Made by a program: the position numbers and the translations under genes. This document shows positions 30,035 to 39,686 of a stretch of DNA of 64,000 nt, piece by piece. Source of the stretch: Nitrospirales bacterium (GTDB taxonomy: Bacteria; Nitrospirota; Nitrospiria; Nitrospirales; UBA8639); contig CBDCWC010000002.1 of assembly GCA_965223295.1 (NCBI GenBank), positions 1,376,001 through 1,440,000 of the forward strand, read 5' to 3'. The notes beneath the pieces are model-generated. The model was given only the letters and a program-made list of their open reading frames with translations. It was not told where the DNA came from and did not search any database. Positions within the stretch are counted from its first letter, which is position 1, and each line of letters begins with the position of its first letter.

Positions 30035-30730
30035 TTAGGGAAGGAGGACCATCGTTTCGGATGGCACAACCAATGTATCCCCAGGTTTTAACACAATGTT
30101 TTCTGCACCCCGTAAAATAATTTCGTCATAACTCACCACAAATTTCTTAGGTTCCTCACCTCCGCGCCCCAACCGAAAGATAGTAATACGACTCCGAACA
30201 GCATCTGGTGCTAACCCCCCAGCCATCGTAATAGCCTGAATCAGTGTGGTCCGGCTTAGCAAAGGAATTTTCGCTGTATTCCCCACTGCACCTTGAGTAA
30301 AGAAATAATAACTATTCACGGCTCTTACCACGATGGCAATCGTAGGATTTTCCTTATATGCTTGCAATTTTTCTTTGATATCATCACGCAACTCGGAGGT
30401 GGTTAAACCAACAGCGATGACATCGCCAATGAGTGGAAGGGAAATTCTTCCATCTGGACGAACCATCACCTCGCGAGATAAATCGGGGTTGCGCCACACA
30501 CTGATTTCTAGGACATCCTCAGGCCCGATAATATAATCATCCGTCACAATCAGGGCCTTTTTTTCCGCACGGCTTTCTGCTCGCTTGGCCTCGGTCGTTT
30601 GCGGAACCGTGATACCTGATTCAGCTAGACCTGAATCTGCAAGACTCGCACCTGTGAAACTCCCCAGCATTCCCCAAACAACGAAGACCATCCATGCGCA
30701 CAACTTTCCATTAACTTGAATCCCCTGCAT
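30035..30730 (-). CDS. Second polysaccharide export protein (Wza-like)
   Basis: YIIGPEDVL, VRPDGRISLPLIGDV, LKPGDTLVVP; ATG 30730 preceded by GAAGAGGTG (ORF track 30799). Confidence 0.88.
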   Translation of the reverse strand: MQGIQVNGKLCAWMVFVVWGMLGSFTGASLADSGLAESGITVPQTTEAKRAESRAEKKALIVTDDYIIGPEDVLEISVWRNPDLSREVMVRPDGRISLPLIGDVIAVGLTTSELRDDIKEKLQAYKENPTIAIVVRAVNSYYFFTQGAVGNTAKIPLLSRTTLIQAITMAGGLAPDAVRSRITIFRLGRGGEEPKKFVVSYDEIILRGAENIVLKPGDTLVVPSETMVLLP

Positions 30731-31403
30731 AAATACACCTCTTCCCTTTAAGCGGGATGTTTGTAACACTTCCTCAAGTATTGAATGAAATCCCGACAAG
30801 ATATAGCCTCTATCGGATGAATGAATCAGTTCCTCAAGTAAGATCCGGCTTCATGAGCCGATTTCATAAAACTTCTCTTCTCGCAATGAAACATTATCGG
30901 ACAACATCAAGATTTAACATGCATAAGGTCCCATAATTAAAAAGAAATATTCATCATATCCTTCTTAAAAAATATCTGCAAGAAATTGGATTTTTACCAT
31001 GACAGAAGACTTCGCCACCCAACTATTTTAAGACTACCACAGTGCTAGACTTAATTGGTGCGTCCACACCTCAGACCCCTGGCTGTTCTGGCTATATAAA
31101 AAGCGAAAATTTGTTCAACTGAATAGGTTAACCAGATCCCCGAAGATTCTCACTCCTGCCTGAAAGCCGAAGGTCAACTGAGCCCATCTGCTATGCCTCC
31201 GACTGAAGAATTTCTCAGCCCGAAGCCTCTTTCGGGATCAATGTTCCAAGCAGGCCCAGCACGGGAATGATGTCCTGAAACAAGCAATTGCAAGAACGCC
31301 CATAAGCAGGAAGAAGAAAATTTGGTTCCAATTGAAACATCCTTCATGTGACGAACAACAATGTGGATCCACTATCGAAAACGATGGCAACAATGGTCAA
31401 TTT

Positions 31404-31480
31404 TGGTGCCCCCGACACGGATCGAACGTGCGGCCCGCGGTTTAGGAAACCGCTGCTCTATCCAACTGAGCTACGGGGGC
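31404..31480 (-). tRNA. tRNA-Arg (anticodon CCT)
   Basis: Reverse complement GCCCCCGTAGCTCAGTTGGATAGAGCAGCGGTTTCCTAAACCGCGGGCCGCACGTTCGATCCGTGTCGGGGGCACCA folds as a cloverleaf; encoded CCA; 77 nt. Confidence 0.97.
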
Positions 31481-31621
31481 GTTCAACAACCCTATGAAAA
31501 AAACGCAGAAATAACGTTTCCATAAATCAGAGGGTAATAATCCTAAAGGAAAAGCAGTAGATTAGCTTTCAATGTACCCTTTTTTATGAGACAGAACAAG
31601 TGAATTTGTTAGTGTTGAGAG

Positions 31622-32644
31622 ATGACCATGAAACGAGTGACCAACCCACCCAATCCTTTTCTTTCGGAAAACCGAGAGTACTTTGGCCCCGCACCCCTGG
31701 TTTCTCCAGAAGTGTACGAGGAAAAAGCCTCAGCGATCCTCAGTGAAAATCACAGTCCAGATCTTCCTTTCCGTTGGAGCCTCAATCCCTACAGGGGGTG
31801 CTTTCATGCCTGTGCCTATTGCTATGCCCGTCCCTCGCATGAATATTGGGGATTTGGCGCTGGGACCGATTTTGAGTCAAAGCTTATCGTCAAAACTAAC
31901 GCCGCCACCAGACTCCGCGAAACGTTCCATAAACCCTCATGGAAAGGTGAGCTCATTGTATTTTCTGGAAATACGGACCCCTATCAACCCCTTGAAGCCG
32001 AGTACACACTGACTCGTGCGTGTCTCAAAACTTGCGTCGCATTTAAAAATCCAGTGGGAATAATTTCGAAATCAGCGCTCCTCCTGCGAGACATCGATAT
32101 CTTCCAAGAACTCCACAAATCAGCTTGGATACGAGTCTTTTTGAGCATACCGTTTTTATCAGATGAGATGGCCCGGAAAGTCGAACCGCAAGCCCCATCC
32201 ATCTCAAAACGCTTTACCACTCTAGAAACATTATCCAAAGCTGGCATACCCACAGCCGTATCGATTGCCCCTGTCATCCCAGGGCTGAATGAACATGATA
32301 TTCCACACCTTGTTTCTCGTGCTCGAGAGGCAGGAGCACAAGATGTCACCTTTATCCTTCTCCGACTCAACGATCATGTCGAAACCGTCTTTCTGGAGCG
32401 CATGACGCATCATTTTCCTGATCGTATTCAGAAAATCTTTTCGCGATTAAGAGAAATGCGAGAAGGAACAGTCGGAACACAGGCTTTTTTCAAACGGCAT
32501 CAAGGGCGAGGAAAAACTTGGGATGTCATTTCACAACTTTTTGAACAAGCATATCGCAAACATGAGTTTCCGGCTGTTCCAGAGGCTCCCATTCCCGCAA
32601 CCTTCACGCGACCGAGAGCCATCCAACTCTCCTTGTTTGAATAA
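31622..32644 (+). CDS. Radical SAM protein, PA0069/Rv2578c-like (spore photoproduct lyase-related)
   Basis: SLNPYRGCFHACAYCYARPSHEY (CxxxCxxC), SGNTDPYQP, C-terminal QLSLF clamp-binding-like motif. Confidence 0.85.
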   Translation: MTMKRVTNPPNPFLSENREYFGPAPLVSPEVYEEKASAILSENHSPDLPFRWSLNPYRGCFHACAYCYARPSHEYWGFGAGTDFESKLIVKTNAATRLRETFHKPSWKGELIVFSGNTDPYQPLEAEYTLTRACLKTCVAFKNPVGIISKSALLLRDIDIFQELHKSAWIRVFLSIPFLSDEMARKVEPQAPSISKRFTTLETLSKAGIPTAVSIAPVIPGLNEHDIPHLVSRAREAGAQDVTFILLRLNDHVETVFLERMTHHFPDRIQKIFSRLREMREGTVGTQAFFKRHQGRGKTWDVISQLFEQAYRKHEFPAVPEAPIPATFTRPRAIQLSLFE

Positions 32645-32739
32645 ATCCTCAACCTGGACAGAAAAACTATCCAGCGTTTGGCAAGCTCCTCCTCCCTCCA
32701 GTACAATCACCCCTGTTTTCTTTGCATCATCACAACTAG

Positions 32740-32928
32740 GGAACCGTTGAATAATGAAGATAGCAACAGCCACATTTAGCCTCTGCGGCGTCACATGTCA
32801 GAGGCCTCGGTCTGTTCAAAAAAGTCCGTCCAGCAAGACCGCAGCCATTTTTCGCGCGGAGCGTACTGGTCCTACGTGAGCACGGAAAAAGGGCGAGAAC
32901 GCCGCTGGCGGCTTTTTTCAACAGACCC
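32740..32928 (+). mobile_element. MITE family 1, copy B (189 bp)
   Basis: Ends GGAACCGTTGAATAA / TTTTTCAACAGACCC; flanks ACTAG/ACTAA (4 of 5 match). Confidence 0.85.
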
Positions 32929-32951
32929 ACTAACGAAAATAGCAGCACATC

Positions 32952-34184
32952 ATGACCTATAGAATACCCACAGGCATCAATCGGTTTCGTCACTTCTTCG
33001 TCGCACTCCTGTGCACGGCTTTCTGGGGTTGCTCTGAACCACAAGAACCCTGGGACCTCCATACGGAACAAGGTACCACCCTTATGGAGCAAGGCAAATT
33101 CCCAGAAGCTGAAAAGGAACTAAACAATGCTCTCACCTTGGCGGAACAATTTGATAATCAAGACCCTCGGCTTATTCAATCTCTCACAAATCTCGCCATT
33201 TTGCACAACGCGAAAGGTGAACCCGAGCAAGCCGAACTGTTAATCAAGAAAACCGTCACCATTCATGAAGCGGCTCCCAATCCAGAAACTACCGACTTGG
33301 CTGTCAGTCTCAGCAATTTGGGTGCCTTATATGTGACCCAAAAACAATTCGACGAAGCACAACAGTATTTCGAACGTGCCATAGCCATTCGCGAAAAAGT
33401 TCAAGGACCAGATGACCCGGAAACGATTCGGGAGATTGAAAACCTGGCAGGACTGTTTATCCGGCAGTCTCGCTACTCCGACGCAGCACCTTATCTTAAA
33501 CAGGTCCTAGAAAGTTCAGAGAGCGCCAATGGGACAGACTCTCCCAAGCTTGTCGAGCCCCTCAACAATCTGGCCCTTCTCTATCGTGCTCAGGAGCAGT
33601 ATGACCAAGCCGAAACCTTGTTATTACGTGCTCTAAAGATCAAAGAACAACAGCTCGGCCTCTCTAACCCTCACCTGCTCGGAAGCTTGAACAATTTAGC
33701 CCTTCTCTATAGCTCAGCCCGGCAATTCACAAAAGCCACGCCATTGTTAGAGCGCATGCTCGCAATCACTGAAGAAGGATTTGGGAAAGACCATCCCCGC
33801 GTCGCCATCACCCTCAATCAGTTAGCAGAGATTCATCGCCTCCAAAATCAACCAGAGCAAGCCATTCCGTTAGTTCAACGAGCCATCCACATTATTGAAC
33901 AAGCGGAAGGCCCAGAACATTCAAGCTTGACTGGCCCTCTCAACAACCTGGCCGTTCTCTTCCTCAAGACTGGCCAGCACACACAAGCTGATTCCTTGTT
34001 CCAGCGAGCCATCGCGTTAACCGAATCCACCATGGGGAAAACCCATTTCCAAGTAGAACGGGCTCTGCGGAATCACTCCGTTTTGTTACGAGAGATGAAT
34101 CGTACCGACGAAGCCGCCACACAGAAAGCTCGCGCTGATGCTATCGTTGCTCAAAACACCCCTACGGCATCAACAGCCGAGTAA
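32952..34184 (+). CDS. Tetratricopeptide-repeat lipoprotein (kinesin-light-chain-like 42-aa repeats)
   Basis: Lipobox-like FWGC; repeated SLNNLA.LY...AE.L..RAL.I.E units. Confidence 0.88.
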   Translation: MTYRIPTGINRFRHFFVALLCTAFWGCSEPQEPWDLHTEQGTTLMEQGKFPEAEKELNNALTLAEQFDNQDPRLIQSLTNLAILHNAKGEPEQAELLIKKTVTIHEAAPNPETTDLAVSLSNLGALYVTQKQFDEAQQYFERAIAIREKVQGPDDPETIREIENLAGLFIRQSRYSDAAPYLKQVLESSESANGTDSPKLVEPLNNLALLYRAQEQYDQAETLLLRALKIKEQQLGLSNPHLLGSLNNLALLYSSARQFTKATPLLERMLAITEEGFGKDHPRVAITLNQLAEIHRLQNQPEQAIPLVQRAIHIIEQAEGPEHSSLTGPLNNLAVLFLKTGQHTQADSLFQRAIALTESTMGKTHFQVERALRNHSVLLREMNRTDEAATQKARADAIVAQNTPTASTAE

Positions 34185-34191
34185 CCTCATT

Positions 34192-34381
34192 GGGAGTGTT
34201 GATTCATGACGAGATCAAGAGTCATATTTCGCCAAGAAGCCGAGGGCGATCAAACGGTTCGTGGCGGTTCAAAAAAGGCTGTCCAGCAAGGCCGCAGCCA
34301 TTTTTGCGCGCGGAGCGTACTGGAGTACGTGAGCACGGAAAAATGGCGAGAACGCTGCTGGCAGCTTTTTTCAACAGCCCC
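34192..34381 (+). mobile_element. MITE family 1, copy C (190 bp)
   Basis: Ends GGGAGTGTTGATTCA / TTTTTCAACAGCCCC; 5-bp TSD TCATT at 34187-34191 and 34382-34386. Confidence 0.85.
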
Positions 34382-34518
34382 TCATTTTACTTGCTCGCTG
34401 TCCACTCTTTACATGAACCTCTACGAAGGTAAACACATGGAGATGTATCAGAAGAAGCATTCTATTTAACCTAAAAACGGCAGTTGGATCACGAAAGTCT
34501 GCACAACCTCTTGACGCA

Positions 34519-34582
34519 CCTAGAAAATTTAAAATTCGCTCATCACCCACAAGGTGACCACGCCAATTTAAAATTTCCTAGG
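34519..34582. terminator. Long imperfect hairpin between convergent genes, probable terminator
   Basis: CCTAGAAAATTTAAAATT pairs with AATTTAAAATTTCCTAGG (16/18), with an inner TCACC/GGTGA stem; about 30 bp past the 34614 stop. Confidence 0.45.
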
Positions 34583-34613
34583 CACATCAATTGCTTGCAC
34601 AGCTTTTTCGCGC

Positions 34614-35222
34614 TCAACCGCCGTCTTTAGGTTTAACAGTCGATTGCATTAAACTGTTAGCCTGAGGTGGTGAGAACCCTTGGAAACCTCGATGGCGTTC
34701 TGCTAGTTCCAACACGGAAAAGGCTTGACCATTGACCTGCTCCGGGACTGAAAAAATCTGGCGCAAATCGTCGCCCCGTGTCCCGACAATCGCTCCAGCA
34801 AACTCAATCCCTTTTCCTTTCAATCGCTGTATGGCAATTTCAATATCCGCTACTTGTACCGCTACATGATGCAAAGTCTGATCTCCAAATTGCTGAACCC
34901 AGCTTGGGATAATACTGCTACGGCCTCGTTCGCCAGCAAAGACCTGATCCACAAATAAGGCCGGACACCCTGGTGCCCGATACACTTTTGCCCACCAATC
35001 GTCATACTCTAATGTTTCAGCGTAGCGATACCCCTGCTCCAAAAACTCAGCCACTCGATCATCAATCGACAAGGTGCGAACCGTAATATGGTCCAGCACT
35101 GGAAAGACTCCAATACCGATCTGCTCAAGCGCATCACACACAAGCTGGGCAGCACGATTTCGTGAGACATATTCATGCACATATTTCATAATTAACGACT
35201 CTAGAGCATCCGGCTGATTCAT
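34614..35222 (-). CDS. VOC-fold metalloprotein, compact DUF1338/HglS-like (possible 2-oxoadipate dioxygenase/decarboxylase)
   Basis: DHITVRT, HHVAVQV, LRQIFS, ELAERH and FQGFSPPQANSLMQST motifs; ATG 35222 lies just after the ALDH stop. Confidence 0.55.
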   Translation of the reverse strand: MNQPDALESLIMKYVHEYVSRNRAAQLVCDALEQIGIGVFPVLDHITVRTLSIDDRVAEFLEQGYRYAETLEYDDWWAKVYRAPGCPALFVDQVFAGERGRSSIIPSWVQQFGDQTLHHVAVQVADIEIAIQRLKGKGIEFAGAIVGTRGDDLRQIFSVPEQVNGQAFSVLELAERHRGFQGFSPPQANSLMQSTVKPKDGG

Positions 35223-35224
35223 AA

Positions 35225-36766
35225 TTACTCTCCTTGATTGACAGCAAACGTGATCCCCTGCGCCAGAGGCAATTCCCTTCCCCAATTGATGGTATTGGTT
35301 TGCCGCCGCATATAGGCCTTCCATGCATCCGACCCTGCTTCTCGGCCACCACCCGTTTCTTTTTCTCCTCCAAACGCCCCACCAATCTCAGCCCCGGAGG
35401 TCCCAATATTGACATTGGCAATGCCACAATCACTTCCCTCACCTGACAAGAACTGTTCAGCATGCCGCACATTCAATGTAAACAACGAAGATGAGAGCCC
35501 TTGCGGCACGTTATTTTGCTTCTCTATGGCTTCATCTATCGTCTGATATGACATGACATACAAGATAGGCGCAAAAGTTTCACGCTGGACAACTTTCCAA
35601 TGGTTCTGGGCGCGCACCAACGTGGGTTGAACAAAAAACCCGACTTGCTCTAAGACATTTCCACCAAAAAGAATTTCTCCGCCATCCTGCTTAACTTCTT
35701 CCAAGGTAATACGAAATTCTTCTAAGGATCGATTATCAATGAGAGGTCCCATAAGAACATCAGAGGCTAAGGGATCACCCACCTTCACCTGTTGATAGGC
35801 TTGCACAAGACGCTTCACGACATCTTCATACCGTGATTCATGGATAAACAAACGACGAGTTGTGGTGCAACGCTGCCCCGCTGTCCCAACCGCGCCAAAG
35901 ACAATCGCGGGAATAGCCAAATCCAAGTCCGCCGTGTCATCCACGATCACAGCATTGTTTCCGCTCAATTCTAACAAGGTGCGTCCTAACCGGCCTGCTA
36001 CCACCTGGGCAACATCACGCCCCACAGGGACCGAACCGGTAAAGGAAACAAGCGGCAGCCGTTCATCGCTCACCATCGCTTTGGCAACTTTGACCTGATC
36101 ACTCATAAAGACAGAAAAAATACCCGGAACGCCCTGTTGCTCCATCACATGATTGCAAATATTCTGAACGGCCAATGCACAGAGAGGAGCTTTAGGAGAC
36201 GGTTTCCAAATAACGGTATCGCCGGCAATGACAGCCAAAAAGGCATTCCAGGCCCACACGGCAACAGGAAAGTTAAACGCCGAAATCACCCCAACCACGC
36301 CAAGAGGATGCCATTGCTCATACATCCGATGCTGCGCGCGCTCGGAATGCATGGTGAGCCCATACAACATTCGTGATTGCCCCACCGCAAAGTCTGCCAT
36401 GTCAATCATTTCTTGGACTTCTCCGTCCCCTTCTGCCTTGATCTTTCCGACTTCCAGAGACACTAGTGAACCCAAGGCATCTTTTTTGGCTCTCAGTGCC
36501 TCGCCTATCATTCGAACAACTTCTCCCCGTTTAGGAGCTGGGACTTTCCGCCATTCCCGGAAGGCCGTCAGAGATTTCTCAACCAACGCATCGTAATCAG
36601 CAGCAGAACAGGAATGAATTTGAGCCAGCACTTCTCCTGTAGATGGATTGACCGAATCCAACAGCCCTGAATTGGTTGTCGAAGTCCATTGGCCTTGACC
36701 TGAGCATGCGCCAGCATTCAGAGGCTCTATTCCAAGCTCATTGAGTACTTCCGCTACATTCATCAT
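35225..36766 (-). CDS. Alpha-aminoadipate semialdehyde / piperideine-6-carboxylate dehydrogenase (ALDH7 family)
   Basis: [82 protein letters not shown]. Confidence 0.9.
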   Translation of the reverse strand: MMNVAEVLNELGIEPLNAGACSGQGQWTSTTNSGLLDSVNPSTGEVLAQIHSCSAADYDALVEKSLTAFREWRKVPAPKRGEVVRMIGEALRAKKDALGSLVSLEVGKIKAEGDGEVQEMIDMADFAVGQSRMLYGLTMHSERAQHRMYEQWHPLGVVGVISAFNFPVAVWAWNAFLAVIAGDTVIWKPSPKAPLCALAVQNICNHVMEQQGVPGIFSVFMSDQVKVAKAMVSDERLPLVSFTGSVPVGRDVAQVVAGRLGRTLLELSGNNAVIVDDTADLDLAIPAIVFGAVGTAGQRCTTTRRLFIHESRYEDVVKRLVQAYQQVKVGDPLASDVLMGPLIDNRSLEEFRITLEEVKQDGGEILFGGNVLEQVGFFVQPTLVRAQNHWKVVQRETFAPILYVMSYQTIDEAIEKQNNVPQGLSSSLFTLNVRHAEQFLSGEGSDCGIANVNIGTSGAEIGGAFGGEKETGGGREAGSDAWKAYMRRQTNTINWGRELPLAQGITFAVNQGE

Positions 36767-36789
36767 CCTTGTCTCCCTTTAGATTGCAT

Positions 36790-37899
36790 TCACGTGGAAC
36801 CGCCTGGATCTCCTGCATAATATTTTCCAAATCGATTGACAAGAATAGAAGAAAGATCGAAAGTTTCTTGCGTCACAAAACCTCGACACTCCTCAGGCTG
36901 CTCAAACACCAGATCGACTACGCTGCATATACCAGCGGCCGTGGTCACTTGAATGGCCGACCAAAGTTTCCCAGCGATCGACCGAGGATAAATTTTCTTC
37001 ACATGATTCTCTTCAAACAACTCGCCCTCCCGCATCCCCGTCACAGAAGTATAAATAATCACTACATCCTGCAAGGTCTTCGGCACCGCATGTTCCAAGA
37101 TGCGTTTCAATGTTTCCCGATCTTGATTGAGTTTCAAATCATTCATAAGCAGATGAATTTTTTCGCAATGCCCAGGGTATCGAAGCGTTTTATAGTTCAT
37201 CGTTTTGACTTTTCCTGCATAGGTATCAGCAAGCGTCCCCAACCCACCAGACGTATTAAACGCTTCATAGAGTAGCCCGTCCACTTCGATGGTTTCGTAC
37301 CCTTCCAGCGGACGTAAGGCCACTTCCCGGCCATCTTCAATGCCATAACAAATGTTTCCATACTCATTAATCAGCCCATCGGTCGACCATGTTAGTGAAT
37401 ACTTCAGGACATTGCTTGGATTCACAGGCAACGCTCCTACCCGCATTTTGACAATGTCGACGGAATCAAAATGAGTCATGAGATCATGCGCCGCAATACT
37501 AATAAATCCCGGAGCCAGCCCACATTGAGGAACAAAGGCAGAAGAAGATCCCTGGCTCACTTCACGAATCTTCCTAGTCACTTCGACATCTTCTGTCAGA
37601 TCGAAATAATGAGCACCATGCGCTCGCGCTAATTCCCCAACTAGCGGATTACAATAGTAAGGAAGACTAGACAGAATGGCCTCAGGTTGCGTCTGCTCAA
37701 GAAAAGCCTGAAGAGCGGCTTTGTTCTGAACATCAACAGAACATGCGTTAAAATGGCTTGAGTGTATCTCTTTTTTCAGCCGATCCACGACATCAGGATC
37801 GACATCTCCTAATGAAACCTCATAATCCCCACTCTCCACCAACAAAGTGGCAATCAGCGATCCAATTTTCCCTCCCCCGAGAACGACAACCTTCTTCAT
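36790..37899 (-). CDS. Saccharopine dehydrogenase family protein (lysine 6-dehydrogenase-like)
   Basis: VVVLGGGKIG, HYFDLTEDV, QCGLAPG, TWSTDGLINEY, EAFNTSGG, YKTLRYPGH; ATG 37899 with GAAGGGGG RBS. Confidence 0.85.
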   Translation of the reverse strand: MKKVVVLGGGKIGSLIATLLVESGDYEVSLGDVDPDVVDRLKKEIHSSHFNACSVDVQNKAALQAFLEQTQPEAILSSLPYYCNPLVGELARAHGAHYFDLTEDVEVTRKIREVSQGSSSAFVPQCGLAPGFISIAAHDLMTHFDSVDIVKMRVGALPVNPSNVLKYSLTWSTDGLINEYGNICYGIEDGREVALRPLEGYETIEVDGLLYEAFNTSGGLGTLADTYAGKVKTMNYKTLRYPGHCEKIHLLMNDLKLNQDRETLKRILEHAVPKTLQDVVIIYTSVTGMREGELFEENHVKKIYPRSIAGKLWSAIQVTTAAGICSVVDLVFEQPEECRGFVTQETFDLSSILVNRFGKYYAGDPGGST

Positions 37900-38008
37900 A
37901 GGCGACAATCCCCCTTCGATTCTATTCTAGGACAATTCAACCCAAATGCAACGAATTGACCTCCTGAGAGTTCATAAATAGGATAGGGGGTCAGGAGCTA
38001 GTAAAAAT

Positions 38009-38488
38009 ATGTATGCACCTATTCCACGCCAGGTAAAAAGAACAATCAGTATCCTGATAATACTACTTGTTTTGCCTGCAGGAGAATTTCTCTGGGCAAC
38101 AGATAAATCAGATGATCCCGAAAAAAATTCCTCAGTTGAACTCATGTTCAAGGGAACCGGATCAGTGGAAACCAGAACATTTACTGTTGAAGATGGCTGG
38201 AAAATAGAATGGGAAACAAAATCTCCCACTTTCAAATTGTCTGCCCACGGCTCGTCTCGAAGGCCCTATGTGGGTGAAACTACGGAACGAGAGGAAGCCT
38301 TACGATGGTTTGAACGACTCGAACCTATTGTCTTAGCCAATACCACAAAAACACGTGGTTCAGCGGTCCATCCTTTGGGAGGAACCTTTTACTTCAAAAT
38401 TGTCGCGAGTGGTCCGTGGGAAGTTCATCTCAAAACCTTCAAAGACACCAAAGACTACCTGGATGTCCCCTATACCGGTGCGCCATAA
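38009..38488 (+). CDS. Hypothetical exported protein
   Basis: 159 aa; signal-peptide-like N-terminus; AGGAG upstream; beta-rich. Confidence 0.6.
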   Translation: MYAPIPRQVKRTISILIILLVLPAGEFLWATDKSDDPEKNSSVELMFKGTGSVETRTFTVEDGWKIEWETKSPTFKLSAHGSSRRPYVGETTEREEALRWFERLEPIVLANTTKTRGSAVHPLGGTFYFKIVASGPWEVHLKTFKDTKDYLDVPYTGAP

Positions 38489-38559
38489 AGTCTTGTCCCC
38501 ATACTCAAAATGAATCAAACACTACAATTTCACAAGGAATCACTTTTACATAATAGGAG

Positions 38560-38931
38560 ATGAAAATGGCGAAGCTTATTACACAACCCACTAGAATTGA
38601 AGCGGCAGGAAATAAACCCAAACTGATTGATGAATTCTTTGGACACGTCAATTCCGGGACAGCTGGGGTCAGCATAGCCCGGATGCAGAGCCCATCGGGC
38701 TGGGTTGAACCTGGACAAACCCCAGAATTCGATGAGTATACGGTCGTTTTACGTGGAATGCTGAAGGTTGAAACCAAAGAAGACAGCCTGGAAGTCAAGG
38801 CTGGGCAAGGCGTATTAACGAATAAAGGGGAATGGATCCGCTACAGTACTCCAGGACCCGAAGGCGCTGAATACATTGCCGTCTGTCTCCCAGCATTCTC
38901 GCCAAACACGGTCCATCGAGATGAATCATAG
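38560..38931 (+). CDS. Cupin-domain protein
   Basis: GWVEPGQTPEFDEYTVVLRG..VKAGQ..WIRYSTP..AVCLPAFSP. Confidence 0.8.
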   Translation: MKMAKLITQPTRIEAAGNKPKLIDEFFGHVNSGTAGVSIARMQSPSGWVEPGQTPEFDEYTVVLRGMLKVETKEDSLEVKAGQGVLTNKGEWIRYSTPGPEGAEYIAVCLPAFSPNTVHRDES

Positions 38932-39037
38932 TCGCCAGTTTGAGAAATCCAAGCTGAAAATCTAAGGGGCAATTCTGGACTTGTCACAATCCATATCTTC
39001 TCTTGACGTTTCACTTCTCCCTTTTCACATTTCACCT

Positions 39038-39514
39038 CTAGTACCGATACCAGTGACGATGCCCATAGCCGTACCATCGAGGACCATAAAACTGGGGAGC
39101 GCCATAGAATAACGATCCGCCAAACAATCGATCCCGACCAAAACGAAGACTCAAGCCTACGGGTGGATACACGACAAAAGCAGAGTTATACCAACGAGAA
39201 CGCTTTCGAGTGAGTTTTCGCTCAAGTTTGGCCGTAGCGGACGCTTGTTGCGCAACCTGTTGTTGTAGTTGCTGAACCGTCTGCTGTTGAATTTCTAACT
39301 CTTTTTCTAACTTCGCAATTTTTTCTTGTTGAAGTTGAGCAAATGTTTCAATGCACCGATACTGAGCGTCACCTTCAAAACCGGTACATTCCCATGGTAC
39401 AGCTGGCTCCTTCGCGCTCACGGACAGCGCACAAAACATCGTGCCCATGGCACATATGCTGCCTAAACTCCAGGCTCTCAGAGAATTATAAAATGGCAAA
39501 GATATGATTCGCAT
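39038..39514 (-). CDS. Hypothetical exported coiled-coil protein
   Basis: GAGGAGG RBS, signal peptide, Cys pair, Gln-rich coil, Tyr/Gly-rich tail. Confidence 0.55.
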   Translation of the reverse strand: MRIISLPFYNSLRAWSLGSICAMGTMFCALSVSAKEPAVPWECTGFEGDAQYRCIETFAQLQQEKIAKLEKELEIQQQTVQQLQQQVAQQASATAKLERKLTRKRSRWYNSAFVVYPPVGLSLRFGRDRLFGGSLFYGAPQFYGPRWYGYGHRHWYRY

Positions 39515-39686
39515 AAGCTCCTCCTCTCTTCATTCAATATTTCAATTATACCAAGAAATGAGGATCAATTGCTGGCTCCATGGTTCAGGCCTTCTGATAG
39601 CCACATAGTACGTTAAAAATATTGACACTTCGCCCTTGAATTCATAGCCTTTTCTTACTTTTCCTCAGATACGTCATGACCGCTAT

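Noticed and set aside
30900-31400. Possible pseudogene or ncRNA between wza and the tRNA
   Set aside because: Only short interrupted frames with no recognisable family
528-31480. EPS cluster as an integrative island at tRNA-Arg
   Set aside because: It lies downstream of the tRNA 3' end and looks more AT-rich by eye, but I saw no integrase or duplicated tRNA 3' end; GC content was not computed
32736-33092. Short ORFs overlapping MITEs (254-445, 7333-7623, 32736-33092, 34190-34469, 41955-42182)
   Set aside because: They are translations of the repeat elements (shared KKAASG/RPARPQPF-type strings) and not credible genes
32740-34381. Composite transposon of MITE copies B and C carrying the TPR gene
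   Set aside because: Each copy has its own separate flank duplication, and the outer flanks (ACTAG vs TCATT) do not match, so the insertions were independent
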